Shown here: positions 49,417 through 62,699 of the stretch, piece by piece | How the letters are laid out: each line of letters opens with the position of its first letter | Position numbering within the stretch: position 1 is the first letter of the stretch | NCBI GenBank assembly: GCA_965644295.1 | Contig: CBFFRP010000268.1 | Coordinates: 1-64,000 of the forward strand | Source of the DNA: Paraphysomonas bandaiensis | Taxonomy: Eukaryota; Protista; Chrysophyceae | Reading direction: 5' to 3' | DNA length: 64,000 bases | Made by a program: the position numbers and the translations under genes | The notes under the pieces: generated by a model | Seen by the model: only the letters and a program-made list of their open reading frames with translations | Told to the model about the DNA's origin: nothing | The model's database searches: none

Positions 49417-50589
49417 GAACAGTACCTTTTCTTGTTTTAATTTAGTACAGAGCTAAATTTCATATACTACATATACAATGTGGTGTCACCTGGTGAGTAT
49501 ATTACAGTCAATGTATTGAAGCGTTGGTACGAATATACGATAGAGTTTTTTAGATGTTTTATGTGTAGATTGCGTTGCGCACATATAGCACAGGTTGCCT
49601 GATATGTGGTGTATATTGTCAAAACTAGTGAATGTTATGAAGAAATGTAGTTGTTATTTCTGTTGTAACTAGCAAGTTTATTTTTTTAAATTGAGTCAAT
49701 CTTATTACTCTTGAAAATTTATTTACTCACTAGATATTAGATATCCTCAGTGCTGTATGATATAAAACAGGGCTAGGGAACAATAGTATATTGGCTGCAT
49801 TATACTGTAATATATATTGAATGGTGGACCAACTAAATATTCCATCAATATTGTTTTTACTAAAGCAGCTCACAGTATATTGCAATCAATATTATGGAAA
49901 AGCATATACGAAGCAATTCTCAACGCAGGGTGAAAATTTACGCCCATGTACATAAATATCTGGAAAGGAATAATTCTTTATTAAATTAAATACACAATTG
50001 TGTGTGTTGTCATGTAAAACATGTCAACAACATGATAATTTATTTCGTTCATGATACAATACTTCCGTTTCACAGTTTATTTGTGTGTCAACCACACAAG
50101 CATTCGGCTATGAGTGGGCAGAAGAATATCTGCTGACTGTGTTTGCGGCTCACGTTAGTTTCCCAGAGAAATAACTCCGGTACTTATCCCCCAGAACACC
50201 ACGAGAAGGTGCGAGTCCGACTTTGTTGAGGGTATTGTAAAATATATTGATTGGTGGACTGGTCAAATACGTCGTATTCCAACAATGCAATCGAAGTGAG
50301 TTAAGAGTGTGTGTTGTGTACTAGGTGAAATTAACCCGCAGTAAAAAACGGTAAATATAGTTTCAAAGGAAATATATATTGATTACCCGAGTTGTAATAG
50401 AAGAAATATTAATAAGGTATTATAAAGCACAGCTAAAATCTTTATTATAGTACCTAGAAGTATGTATTGGTGATAAACATCCAGTGTTCTCCATGTAATT
50501 AACTAGCTACTAATGACACACACGCGTGATCACATCAGATATTGTATGGACAGTCAGTCCATAATGAAATTACATTTAAAATATCGTAT

Positions 50590-51702
50590 TTACAAGTCTT
50601 CGTGTTGAGGTGCAACACTTCCATGGTGTAACAGCAGCCAACACATGACGTAAAATGAAAAAAATGCAAGTACATAGTACTCATAACTATATACAGTAAT
50701 TGGTGCTTTCAATTGAGTTCTACTTGGTTCGGAATGCTGCAACGCAGTTCGTTGTGCCTCTGAAATGGGCGTTACTATAACTCTCTGCTCTGAGACACTA
50801 TCTGCATGAAAGTCACAGTGCTCAGCATCCCAGTGAAGCTTCTGACATATCTTAGAGCAGTAAACATGAGGGGTTTGTACATGTCGTTTACGACATAGAG
50901 GACAATAGAAGATGTCTTGCGTTTTCTTGCATTGGGCGCACTTAGGTGTAACCTTGAAGTATATAATCGGCGGACGAATCTTCTCATCAAAATAAAAGTC
51001 GTCGAGAAGAGATGGATGCACGCCATCAGGCCCAACAGAGTAGGTCATTCGCCGCAATGACGTGTTCAAGTCCACCCATTGCCCCTTGCCGGTGCTTATT
51101 CGACAGTGCGGGTGGCTACTCATAACTTCCGGTATACCGCTAGTTTGAAACATTCGATTCGACATTGCATACAGAACATCTTTGAAACTAATTATTGCGT
51201 GGTTATAAAAAAGTTCTCTGTGTACAATACCCTGTCGTTGGGGAATACCGTATATATCAACAGATACCATACTAGCACTACAGAATATTTCAGGCAGCTC
51301 GTACACAAAACCATCAGGAATTTCATATTCGAAATCTTGACAATTAGGTGAATCCAGTCTCATTTTAACGCCACTATAAGTGTTTACTGTGCCGTAATTT
51401 TTTGTGTGATATTCACCTGTACACTCCAATCCAAGCTGAATGATTTGAAGCTTTGATAAGTACAACGCAGTCTCTTCCACCGCAGCGCACATCGGAGCAA
51501 TATCAAGCTGAATAGTCATACCATCAAAATAACTGTCTCCTTTTACTACTGATATGTTTATAGTATTTGATATAAAACCATTAACTCTGTCTGCACGATC
51601 CAAGTAATAATTCAGCAAGTTTTGAGAGCGGAAACTATGCCATGCAGACTTATACATGGGCATCTTAATCCAATCCAGACCAATGTAGCGTGAATTCTCC
51701 AT
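50590..51702 (-). CDS. MYND zinc-finger protein with a C-terminal TM segment
   Basis: CAQC...CPLC...YCSKICQKLHW...H; hydrophobic tail YYVLAFFSFYVMCWLLL; ends HEDL. Confidence 0.75.
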   Translation of the reverse strand: MENSRYIGLDWIKMPMYKSAWHSFRSQNLLNYYLDRADRVNGFISNTINISVVKGDSYFDGMTIQLDIAPMCAAVEETALYLSKLQIIQLGLECTGEYHTKNYGTVNTYSGVKMRLDSPNCQDFEYEIPDGFVYELPEIFCSASMVSVDIYGIPQRQGIVHRELFYNHAIISFKDVLYAMSNRMFQTSGIPEVMSSHPHCRISTGKGQWVDLNTSLRRMTYSVGPDGVHPSLLDDFYFDEKIRPPIIYFKVTPKCAQCKKTQDIFYCPLCRKRHVQTPHVYCSKICQKLHWDAEHCDFHADSVSEQRVIVTPISEAQRTALQHSEPSRTQLKAPITVYSYEYYVLAFFSFYVMCWLLLHHGSVAPQHEDL

Positions 51703-52291
51703 AGTGTACAGTACGTTTGACTATCCAGCTATTCTAGTGCCCAGGATGAGCTGTTATATATGGTAACCCTTATATGCATTGCTGAGAATGCTATTGTGCC
51801 ATATAGAGGAACAAGAAGCACGTAACTGTAATCGCATGTGAGACAGTTGCAGTATGTTGAGACTGTGATAGCGAGTGCTAAAAATATGGGATTTTTGCAT
51901 TTTGGAGAACTAATATACAGGATTTCTATATTTAGATCTTTCATTGACGTTCCTGGTTTTAACACACAAAATTCCTATATTTTATATATTTCTCTAATTT
52001 TTCCATCTATTAATCATATTATCTCATGTTTTTAGAATAGAAGATAGAACACTGAAGAACCACTTGGAGAAATATTATCAATGTCTTGATAGTCAGTCCC
52101 TCATATTAATATCAGTGTCAATTCCCTCTCAACATCACTGTTTTACTGGCAAGTTAGTATATCTAAAGTTATTTACTGTTAGTTTACAGTGTATTGATTG
52201 ATATCTGACCTCTTCCTTTGAACACAACCGTTAATTATCTCTGCAATTAGCTATTGACTGTATAGCAGTACGTATATTGGCTATAGTAGAG

Positions 52292-55200
52292 ATGATTGGG
52301 TTATTAATATCTGTTTGGCTTGCATTCACCTCAGCTACTGTACCTCAATGGAATTATGTGAGAGATTTGCAAACATATGGAGAACAGCGCTGTGAATCAG
52401 AGTGCTTAGTAGACAGAAGATGCGTATCATGGACATACAATGACTCGAATATAAACAATCAGGGACAAGGACAGTGCTATTTACAGTCGGAATTATTCGA
52501 ACGACTGAGTAGTCGTATTCGCCCAACATCAATTTCAACTGATAGCCCTCAATATAAAATTGGCAACAGTAGTTCACATCAATATACATCTCGGATGCGA
52601 CTACTAAGCGGGCCTGTCGCTATAGGCAGATCGACCGTGATAAATTTTCCGCAAAGTTTTTATTTTGGTTGTTCGTATACCATATCGGCTTGGTTTTGGC
52701 TGTGGAAAGTTACTAAAATGCCCCTCAGACATGAGATGCCGATATTCTCAACGCACGAGAGTACCCCTGCGTTGTATTCTCACCAAGCCATATTGCCATC
52801 TGTTGTATTCAATATCGGTTCCCGTCGGGACAATATTTTTTTTAGTACTCTGAAAGACTCTCGGGGTGATTACGAAGGCACATGGGGCGGTGAAGTTGAG
52901 TACAACAAATGGATACATTTAGCTATTACCTTTTCCAGAGATAAAATGATGGTGTACATGAATGGCAAGCTACATTGTGAACCAATGGTTATGTCTAAGA
53001 AGCAACAGTACCTATCCCATGTTTGCCCTGAAATCGAGTATCCTCATCACCTGAATAGGACAACTGCATTACCCAATAACACTATCATGCAACTTGGTGG
53101 CAGTAAGCAGGGATCGATGTTGGGTATGCTGTCGAATATCGACATATTTCGGGGATTGGCTTTGGACGAACACCACATAAAACAATGGATGCTTCAAAAT
53201 ATTCCGGTTCAATTTCCCACCCTTCAGAAGCTTGTTCAAACCAGTGCGAAATATATCTTTAAAACAAGCATTGGATATCAAGATGATTATGCGTTAGTGG
53301 ATTATGGCATATGTCCTGTTAGTAAATGTGGTCCTATTTGTGTACCCACTGAAGTGATACCTCCAGATGAAGAAGTACAGAATGTTGATAGCAGAGACGA
53401 AGCGTCATGGGGTGGTGATGCACTGGATGGTGTGGAGTCGGTATCTAGTGAAATCACACCTCATGGCGACATTGATATATCCCCGCAAGGGGATGTCAGT
53501 CAAGACGAGAAGACGGACACAAGCACGTCCTTTACAAGCGATCCTCCTGAAGAAGTTGCCACAGATAGAGACACTCCTTCGCGATTGAAGACTTCAGATT
53601 TGTTGAAAAAGCAGGAAAAGGAATGGAAAAATATGTTTCAATTACCCAATGAGGGAAATTGGGACGATATGGGCGACCTCTTGAACTTGGACGATGCAAC
53701 TTTGCAAGAGATATCTGATATCTACGGCATAGATTCTGCATTGTTAGACCCTACTATGTCTGATGAAGAAATCTTGCGTGCATTATCAGAGGCTGCAGGC
53801 TATGATGTTGGTCTCGATGGTTTAAATTGGGACAAAACTACTGAGAGACTGTTGGACGAATATTATGCCTCAGCATATTATGATAATGGTCACACTGACG
53901 ACATGTCCTTTGCAACTGGTAACCATAAATCGGATCATACAGGTAGCAGTACTGTGGACGATGACATTACTGTAATTGAAGAAGACTATTACTATGGCGA
54001 TGAATACTATATTGAAGATGCGGTAGACTATGACGAAATTGAATTACCAAACCTTGACAGTGAGACGCCACAGCAGCAAACAGAGTCCAGTACAGCTACT
54101 CCCTCTGATACACCAATCCAGCCTGTGAAGCTAACTGCAGCTGAGTTGAAAGCTAGACTAGATGTGCAGTTACGTGACCCGTATTTTCGGACTTATGTTC
54201 GCGCACCTGCGGTTGGAAGGGATGCTGAAGAATATGATTCTGGAAAGGATACGAGCAGTCGAAGTGCAGCTTTCTCAAGTGGCAAGCTGTACTCTGAAGT
54301 TGCATCAATCGTAGCATCAGTATTATCCGTCCTTCGGGGACAGTTATATGCACTGAGGGACGGTGTACTGCAGCATATTCAAACGACTCTAGATTTTCTG
54401 GGTTTGAATGTAAGTGCGTATAATTCATCTGTAATCAATGCTACTGCGTCGTACGAGAAAAGCAAATATGACAAAGATATTGACGCTGTCCTTCAGCGAA
54501 TGTTGGAAAAATCAAGTCTGTTGCGGGATAGGCTGACCAGTGAGAGCGAACAAGTTATGCGAGATTGGATATCTACTTTAGCTTCGCAACATGTGGATGG
54601 TGTTGATGTTCTTGAGGCACTTTTAGAGGGTTCTTTTATGGTTGTTGAATCAGAGGCTTCTGATCCTAGAGTAGAGCGCATAATAGAATTGTATGATCAA
54701 GCGATGCATTGGATGTCGGGACGACATATTGTTCATACCTATGACCAACTAAATGGCGATAAAGTAATGACACGTGTCATGACACGTGTTCATGAGAATG
54801 ATACGAGAAATATTGGACACGGTATTGAAAGTACATCTAGATCTGATGCTGTACACGGGAAGTCTTCTCGGCGATCATACATGAGTGATATTAATATCTA
54901 CCGAGAGAGATCTTTTGAACCTTCTCAATCAACACTAATGGCTGCGATGTGGCTGTCGGACGAACTGGAGTTAGAATACTCAATACTTGCCGAAGGAGGG
55001 TATTTTTCTAACCAGCAAGCAGGAATGCTTGGACAAGGTCCTAGATTAGCTCTTGGAAGCAGGCATAACGATATGTCTCCCACAGTGCGTTATCAGGGCG
55101 ATTTTCGAGAATATGTTAGCGACATTGTGCATGGAAAAATGGAAGTGTTGGCCCTTGGTGGAGGAGCTTCTGATGCAGACATTTCTAATCCGAAATCGAC

Positions 55201-57881
55201 TGTGGAAAGCACAGTAATTGAGTCAGCAGATAACAAAGTCCGAACGAGTGATGATAAGGCGGAAGAGTTTGGTACGACATACTTGGATTTTGTTGCTGCT
55301 GTTGCACGTATGGACGCTTTTTTGGATTCAGATTCACTTATTGACGAAAACTTGAAGGATATTTTGATAAACGTGTCGTCAGATGCTCATTCAGTGAGTT
55401 TATCTCCCTCTAGAGTGTATAATGCAACAATCGCGGATACATCAGACTCTCTACTTCATAGAATCGAGACTTCTGAATGTATTGTGGCAGCATCATACTA
55501 TCTTCCTGTGATGAGGTATGTCCTGGCCAATTACGGCGATACCACAACTGGAGTGGCGATTCCTGAGGATATTCGGCTTGCGGATATTCCTTCACTGGAT
55601 CAGTTAATAGGAGGTGTTTCAGGTGCTACCTCTGTAGGTGGAGACGGCGGGTACACAGGTAAGGCACTTTTTATTGCTATATGTTTGCTTATTAAATTCA
55701 CTTTTTTCTATTGCTGTGAATAGCTGGTGCCAGGCAAACTGCCACTTCGGATGCCATGGAGACCTCCATTCGAACGCACTATGTAGCTGAGGCGGCCGCT
55801 GGAAACCCTCAAGCCCAGGTTTGTTCTGATGCTTTGCTGTGAATAGTGATATGTCTATCCCAATACAAAAAAATACAAAGTTATTTGTTATTCCATAACC
55901 TAGGTATGGTTGGGAATACGAAGTTTTTGGGGGAGTCACGGATTGGAACCTAATGCAACTGCTGCGAGAAAGTGAGTTGTGTATCATATACAAAGCAGTT
56001 TTATGTGTATATTGTTGAAGTTACTTTCTGTAGATATTTGATGAAATATATGATTTTATTTCAGGTACTTCGAAATGGCTGCTGCCAAAAACCACAGTGA
56101 AGCTCTATATTGTCTAGGCGCTATGTATGACAATGGCCAAGGTGGCTTACCTCGCAACAGAACCAAAGCACTGGAACTGTTTCGTCTCTCAGCAGAGCAA
56201 AAAGTTCCGTGGCCTGCATCGCTGCAAGCCTTGGGAAACTACCATTGGAACTCAGGCCCATCAGTGAGTAAACTATTAATGTAGCACTCAATTGTATCGT
56301 AGTACCTTATATTTTGTTGTTCGTGTTAACGCAGTCTCAGCGAAATGAATCATTGGCGAAGGCGTATTTTGAAAAAGCCGCTGAAATGGGTAATGCGAAT
56401 GGGTACTACAGTCTTGGGACTATGTACCGCGATGATAGCGTCAGTGTTACAATGAAAAATATTCCCCTGGCTGTGCATCTGTATACACTTGCGGCCACTC
56501 AGGGCAACATCAGGGCACTGGGAAACCTTGCATATGCGCTGTACGACTCTGACTCCTGGATAGGGCAGTATGCTCGTGAACAAGATGCCATATCTCGCAA
56601 ACAATTATTTGAGAATTCATCACACAGCAAGTTAGGTCAACATCAAGTTGCCAGTAAAGAAGCTTCCGATTTAGATGTCGAAGACTCGCATGATTCACGA
56701 AAAGCTGAGAACTTGGATGACGAGGAAGTAGATGATGAATTATCTAGGTGGGGCTACAACGAGACATTGGGCTTCACTGTGATTCTACCCGGAGTAAACC
56801 AAGTAATCCCAATACCAACACCTATTCGGAGTAGCTGCGAAGCTGCTCTTCCTCTGCTGAAACACCTTGCCGAACACTCATATCGTCCTAATGATCTATC
56901 GAAGGAAGCTCTAGATGCTTATATGTCTGGAGATATATGGGCTGCACTAGAATTATATGAGGAGGCTGCAGAATTAGGAGTTCAATCTGCTCAAGAAAAT
57001 GCTGCGTTTTTGTATGAATTAATTGCTGAAACTATTTGCCCGAATGAAGAATTTGACTCTACAGGGGTGCAACAATCCATTGTTGGTGATGCGTTCAACA
57101 TGATATCCAGTAATTTAGCCCCCGCTAAGTCATATGTATCATTTGTTTTACGCATATTCGGTTCAACAACAGATCTGGCGAGTGATGCTAATGTTAACCG
57201 AAACACCAGTGTATACAGCGGTCAGCAAAAATTAATCCATAGTCCGAATTGCAAGCGATATTTTAAAGGCATGGCTACTCGACGTTGGATCCAGGTGGCT
57301 AATAATGGAGATGTGGAAGCTATGCGCGAAGTGGCTAGTATGTATGAGAGCGGCATTCATGTCGAAAAGAATCTGACACAAGCTGCGAGTCTCTATGCTC
57401 ATGCTGCCGCTATGTTTGGTGATATAAGTAGCGTGATGGCTCTTGCGTGGATGATTCATAAAGGCCACGGATCTGGTACGTGGTGTATTGAACGAAATAT
57501 GATAGTAAACCTTTAATTTTGTTATACTGATACTTTATGTTATACTGATATTACGCATCCGCTTATTTATACTATGCAGAAATTCCGAAGAACTTGACTC
57601 TCGCTGCATTACTCTATGCAAAAGCAGGAGAACTTGAAACCGTATATTCAGACTATGGTCTTTCTTGGGCTACAACTCTTGGCGTTGCACCTTTTTTGGC
57701 GAAAGTTGCCGTGGGAATCGAGCAATATGTCAACACCTGGAATGTATACAAGATCGCCTCTAATTTTGCTCTGTATATGGACGACGAAAAAAGTATTAGT
57801 GACTTTTTGGTGTTGGGAGGTTTGATAGCATGTTTTCTCATTTTAGTGTACATTAAGCTTAGAAGAAATAGACGAATGTAA
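52292..57881 (+). CDS. Type I membrane Sel1-repeat protein with PAN/Apple and LamG domains (SEL1L3/Hrd3-like), multi-exon
   Basis: Signal peptide; PAN-like CESECLVDRRCVSWTY...CYL; LamG-like YTISAW...WIHLAIT...MMVYMNG; Sel1 repeats (ALYCLGAMYDNGQGGLPRN, YFEKAAEMGN, AAELGVQSAQENAAFL, VEKNLTQAASLY); C-terminal TM plus basic tail. Confidence 0.8.
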
Positions 57882-58332
57882 TTTTAACTATAGGTGGCAT
57901 ATATATGACTGGTTTATCAACTTATTGACATATATGTGACATCTAGTTACCAGGGATAGGGAACAATATATTGCAATACTATCCTCATACTCATTCACCG
58001 AGTCATCATAGGTGACGTCAATATTGACATATGCATTCAAAATTATATTATATATGCTTGCATCTTGCATCCGCCAAAACTGTCGAGTAGGTTTCACAAA
58101 CAACTTCATATTAAGTGTAGTAGGATGTATACGTGTGCTTATGTAGTACGCTAAAAGCTGCGCTGAACAGACGTTCACCCTCAACATAGTCGGGGAAACT
58201 AACGTGAGCCGCATATATATACAGCAGATAATGTTCTGCCCAGTCATAGCCTAATGCTTGTGTAGTACAAGGTACAAGGGACACTAATAAGTGTTACTTG
58301 TGTAGACGTCTCTGGGCCTTGTCGAATAAACA

Positions 58333-58591
58333 GGGATCTATTATTGGACCTAGTTAAATTGGTGTAATTTCCTAGTCACACCAAAATTGGTGTAAAAACC
58401 TAGTCAAGCGGTTGAAAAACCTAGTCATTTAAAAATTCATATTTTTAGTTTACAATGACTAGGTGTTTATGGTATTCACCTAGTCAAAAAGTTGACTATG
58501 TTGAATCATTTATTACTTTGACTAGGTTATTTCACCAAAATAGCGTGACTAGGTAATTAAACCAATTTGACTAGGTTGAATAATATTTCCC
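58333..58591. mobile_element. Mutator-like MITE (259 bp)
   Basis: 9-bp TSD GAATAAACA at 58324-58332 and 58592-58600; GGG...CCC ends; ~75-bp imperfect TIRs built of CCTAGTCA/TGACTAGG sub-repeats. Confidence 0.88.
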
Positions 58592-59258
58592 GAATAAACA
58601 GGCATCCGGAAATGGACCCACCTCAAAGCACCCGGGGCGTTGGACTGCCTGCTGAAGTCAAGCATCCGGAACAGGGCCCACTTCAAGGGCATCTGGAGGG
58701 GATGTTCACTTTAAGGACTCAAAATCTTAAAGTCAGAGGATGTCAGGTATATATCAACATTCTGCATGATCACTGCGTTCGCTTTGAGTGATAGAGCAAA
58801 AGTAGTTGCACCTTTGTGCTTGCGTCAACCTTTGATCAACTTCCGTATCCTGAATCTTGAATCGTCATGATACTTCGGTTTCACAGTTAGAGGTATATAG
58901 TACTTTTGACTACCTCTTACAGTTTTTTCACATTGTATTTAACGTATTCTACAGTTCTATCTTAGAGAAACATGCATATTCCAACAAAGAATGATAAGTA
59001 TAATGCGATATTTCTATATAAGTAACGTATCAGCAGTGACACTTGCTCTCAGAAGCTACTACGCAAGTACATGCCTTAGATGCAAATGTATACAAAACTA
59101 TCATTGCATTGTGCAAGTATATGACGTTTTAGTTTTTATCATAAGGTGCACTGGTCATCTTATACGTTTAAAAGAGAAATTTTTAATGAGAAGATTCTTC
59201 ATTTTCATCACAGGGGAACAACTAAAGTGACATATATCCCCACTATTTCAGAACAGAG

Positions 59259-59944
59259 TTACAAATCCGTTTTTGAAAGCAAGTCAACAATAACTTCCTT
59301 AATATCTCCAGTTACATGTCTCGCGTTTCCATTTTGGTCAATAATAAATCTTCCATCGAAATTCCTACAATATGTATTAATATACGGCCAGATCAAACAA
59401 ATACATCATACCAATTAATGTGCTTCTTAGCTGTTCTGTCCTTCAAAAACACAAATGTTGGTCGTGCATTGACACCATTTACGTCCCCTTTCTCCATAAT
59501 AACCCCTTCAAATCCTTTAGACTGAGCGAACACAGAGATCGCCTGACTATCACCAGGTTCCTGTGCACCAAACTGATTGCAAGGATAGATCAATATTTCA
59601 AATGAATTAGATCGCAGTGGTGCTAGAGACTTTAAGAGATCATATCCTTCAGCAGTGTACCCACAATACGACGCCACATTCATAATAAACACAACTTTTC
59701 CTCTAAATCTCTCAAATGAAACTTGATTTCCATTAATATCATTCTCAACTATACTGTAGAAGTCCACAGGAGGAGGTAGAGATGATTTAGCATACGTACG
59801 ACAGGAATCTGCACATGATTGTAGCATATAAGCAGGGTTCTTATCACACTCTCCTATAGAGGCCCAGTATTGACAGTTTTCATGTTGATCAATAGCTGTA
59901 GATAGAGTTAGAGTAAGGAGGGTGAAGAGAGTAGCGTAGTGCAT
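59259..59944 (-). CDS. Secreted/ER Cys-type glutathione peroxidase with an N-terminal ShK-like domain (2 exons)
   Basis: Signal peptide; ShK-like DQHENCQYWASIGECDKNPAYMLQSCADSC; GPx motifs NVASYCGYT, YPCNQFGAQEPG, INW|NF; ends KTDL. Confidence 0.9.
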
Positions 59945-60921
59945 ATTTGAATTGGAGTTACTGGGATGACTGTGTTCGAGTGGTAAGTTAAGTATGGAAT
60001 CTACTGTCATATAGATGCCTACTACGCTATACATGCAGCTAGCTACAGTATATGGAGCATGTGTGCAAGCGTATGCGTCTTATTTTTCGGGAATTTATTG
60101 AAGCAAAACTCGTCTACATTACTGATATCCAACTACGGCTGGAATACAGAAAATTATTGTCTCAATATTTGAGGCAATTTTCAACAAAAATATACAAAGG
60201 ATGCCGATATGAGCAATACAACACACAGTACACCTACAAACACCTACTCTGTACTCATACACACCTACAGTAGTACATACTGTACTGCCTGTATAGATAT
60301 GCACGAAGATGCTGCCCTACAGAAAAATACGTGACAACATCGGAATGTATAACCACCAATCAATATGATAGCAGCTAAATAGCTTTGTTTTCATTGGCCA
60401 CTATGTAACTGAAGAAATGAGGACAACAACAGGACAGCAACGTTGCTGAATAATTAGATTTATGTCATGAAACAACAACAAACAGAGCGTATATCATCTG
60501 GAATAGATAGCCATGACACCGGATACAACTAGCAGCATCTAACAATGCATAGTCATTTATAATTTATATAACGCGTGCCGATGTCATTTTCATAATATTA
60601 TGACCGTGATAGGCTATGACAAATGGATGAAGGGCATTTCATCACATACAAATGCTGTTTTACACATCAGTAACCTACAAATAACAACCAGGAAAGTGTA
60701 TAATACAGGCCCGGCAACTACAGTTGATCTCATACACTAAATCAATTGATAGCCTCTATTGCATGCGGTACGTATTACTTTGTTGTACTAGTACTTTGTG
60801 TATAATTTTTGCAAGGACGCGATTAATACATGAATACCATGGAAGAAACACTTTCCCACATTTCGAGAGTACTAGCGAATCATACTCAGTACGAGTCATA
60901 TGTAAGATATCAGTATATTCA

Positions 60922-62290
60922 CTACGTGATTAATCGTCCTAACTTTTTACCAATTGACATATATCTCTGTTCCATTTCACCATATAGTACGCTTAACTCC
61001 TTCTGCATATCTGCCTTAGATAGACCTTTTAACTCACCATTGCTTTGAAGAATGCTTTTCTTTACTTTCAAACGAAACTTTTTGTAAACTTCTTGGTCAC
61101 TCGGCTTATATTTTTCTACATCTTCTTTATTTATTTCAGAGCTATTACGATCGGTAACTCCTTCATCAAGAGGACGTTTTGTCCCTGTCAATGACTTCAG
61201 GCCATTTACTGCTGAGGTACATCTGGGAACAGATATGCCACACAGGACAAGGAACTCCAACGCCTGCTTTACGAACAATAGCTGGGATGGAATTATCTTT
61301 ACATCGCTGGCTACTATGTTCTCAATATCGACGTCGTTATTTCGTGCGTACTGCATACACCACTCCACGTCAACTGCATCCCTCAGGCGCTGAAATCCCT
61401 CTGCAGGATCTTCCACAGTAACTTCAGCTACAAAAGACCGAGTGGAAGCAATTCGATATGTTTCAAGCAGCATATGTCGACCAATACCCTTACCCTATTA
61501 TCAGTGCGTGTTACATATCTATACCAATAGTGTAGAATGAAATACCAAAACAGGATCAAAACTAAGATGCACCAACATCTATTGTACACAGTGGATACAA
61601 GTACCAATACACATATATTGAACAACAGGTTGCAAGTTATACATGATCTAAGAATAATGTATCCTATACCTGGTGGTGGGGTAGAACAAGAGCTTGACAG
61701 ACACGGATCTTTGTGCCCACAATAGGATTATGGAATGAATAGAGCGTAAAGTATCCCGCCACTGACAGAGTATCACCTTCTTTTTTAAACATAAACATAA
61801 CCTCCCACTTATCATCATTAAAGTCCACTGAAGATGCGGTTTCGATAAACCACATTGCCACGCGCTCAGCTCGTGATAATAGACTTCCTGCGATATCATC
61901 CTCATGTTTGAAGAGATATAATTCAAACACCTCGTTGCCAATATTTATAGTCTTCAGTAGATTGGGACCTAAATCGGGTTTGGACGGTATCACCTCTGGC
62001 GGAGGAGAGAGAAGGGGATTCAGCTTATCTTGTAAGCTCTTGGCAGTATCTTCAAATGGTAGATTAGATATAGTCATTCGAGAATATAAATTGTAAATAT
62101 CAATGTAAATATCAACCCGCAGATCATTGACTCCTGTCTCATTGATAATAACTTTCTCATCATCAAATGTTTGGTGTGTGTATGTCGGGTGTGTTACTAT
62201 ACAATCACTCCCACACCCTTCAAAGTGAAGATATATAACATCATTAGCTCGTAACACACAAGCTGGAGTGCTTGGCACATCATCTTCCAT
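60922..62290 (-). CDS. HAT1: Histone acetyltransferase type B catalytic subunit HAT1 (2 exons)
   Basis: Motifs HPTYTHQTFDDEK, MWFIETASSVD..D.KW, RVCQALVLPHHQ|GKGIG, EVTVEDPAEGFQRLRD; intron ~61495-61669. Confidence 0.92.
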
Positions 62291-62699
62291 TATCTGTATG
62301 AAGATAAGGCCTCAATGGATGTGTGATACTTAGTTAAGACTGTCTAATTGTGTATGTATGTGTATATATCATATTTAACTTTTAAAACTTTGTATGAGTA
62401 GAGTATACCGTATAGCAATACAGTGCCACTGTACGTACATGTAGACGAAGTATGGGAATTCTCTATTTTGTTAGAAATACGGTATTTCGGGGTTTTGGTG
62501 TGCTGAATATTGGCGCTTTTAGAAACACAGTAACTGAAGTATACTGTAAGTGGTAGTTAATTTAACGAAGTTCCCTCTATAGTAACACATGCTTCATAGC
62601 TCACGATATATACGATGGATTGTGTTAGGCTTCATATGAAGTATTAAATGTGATTAATAGAAGGGTAGAATGCATGTTTTAGTAGTGTAAATTCTTTCA

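Noticed and set aside
22131-58846. ACGGAAGT 8-mer in five intergenic spots (22131, 25833, 33806, 50061, 58839)
   Set aside because: Noticed post hoc, with no consistent position relative to genes; too weak without statistics.
59640-59700. Selenocysteine recoding in the GPx
   Set aside because: The active-site codon is TGT (Cys) and there is no in-frame TGA.
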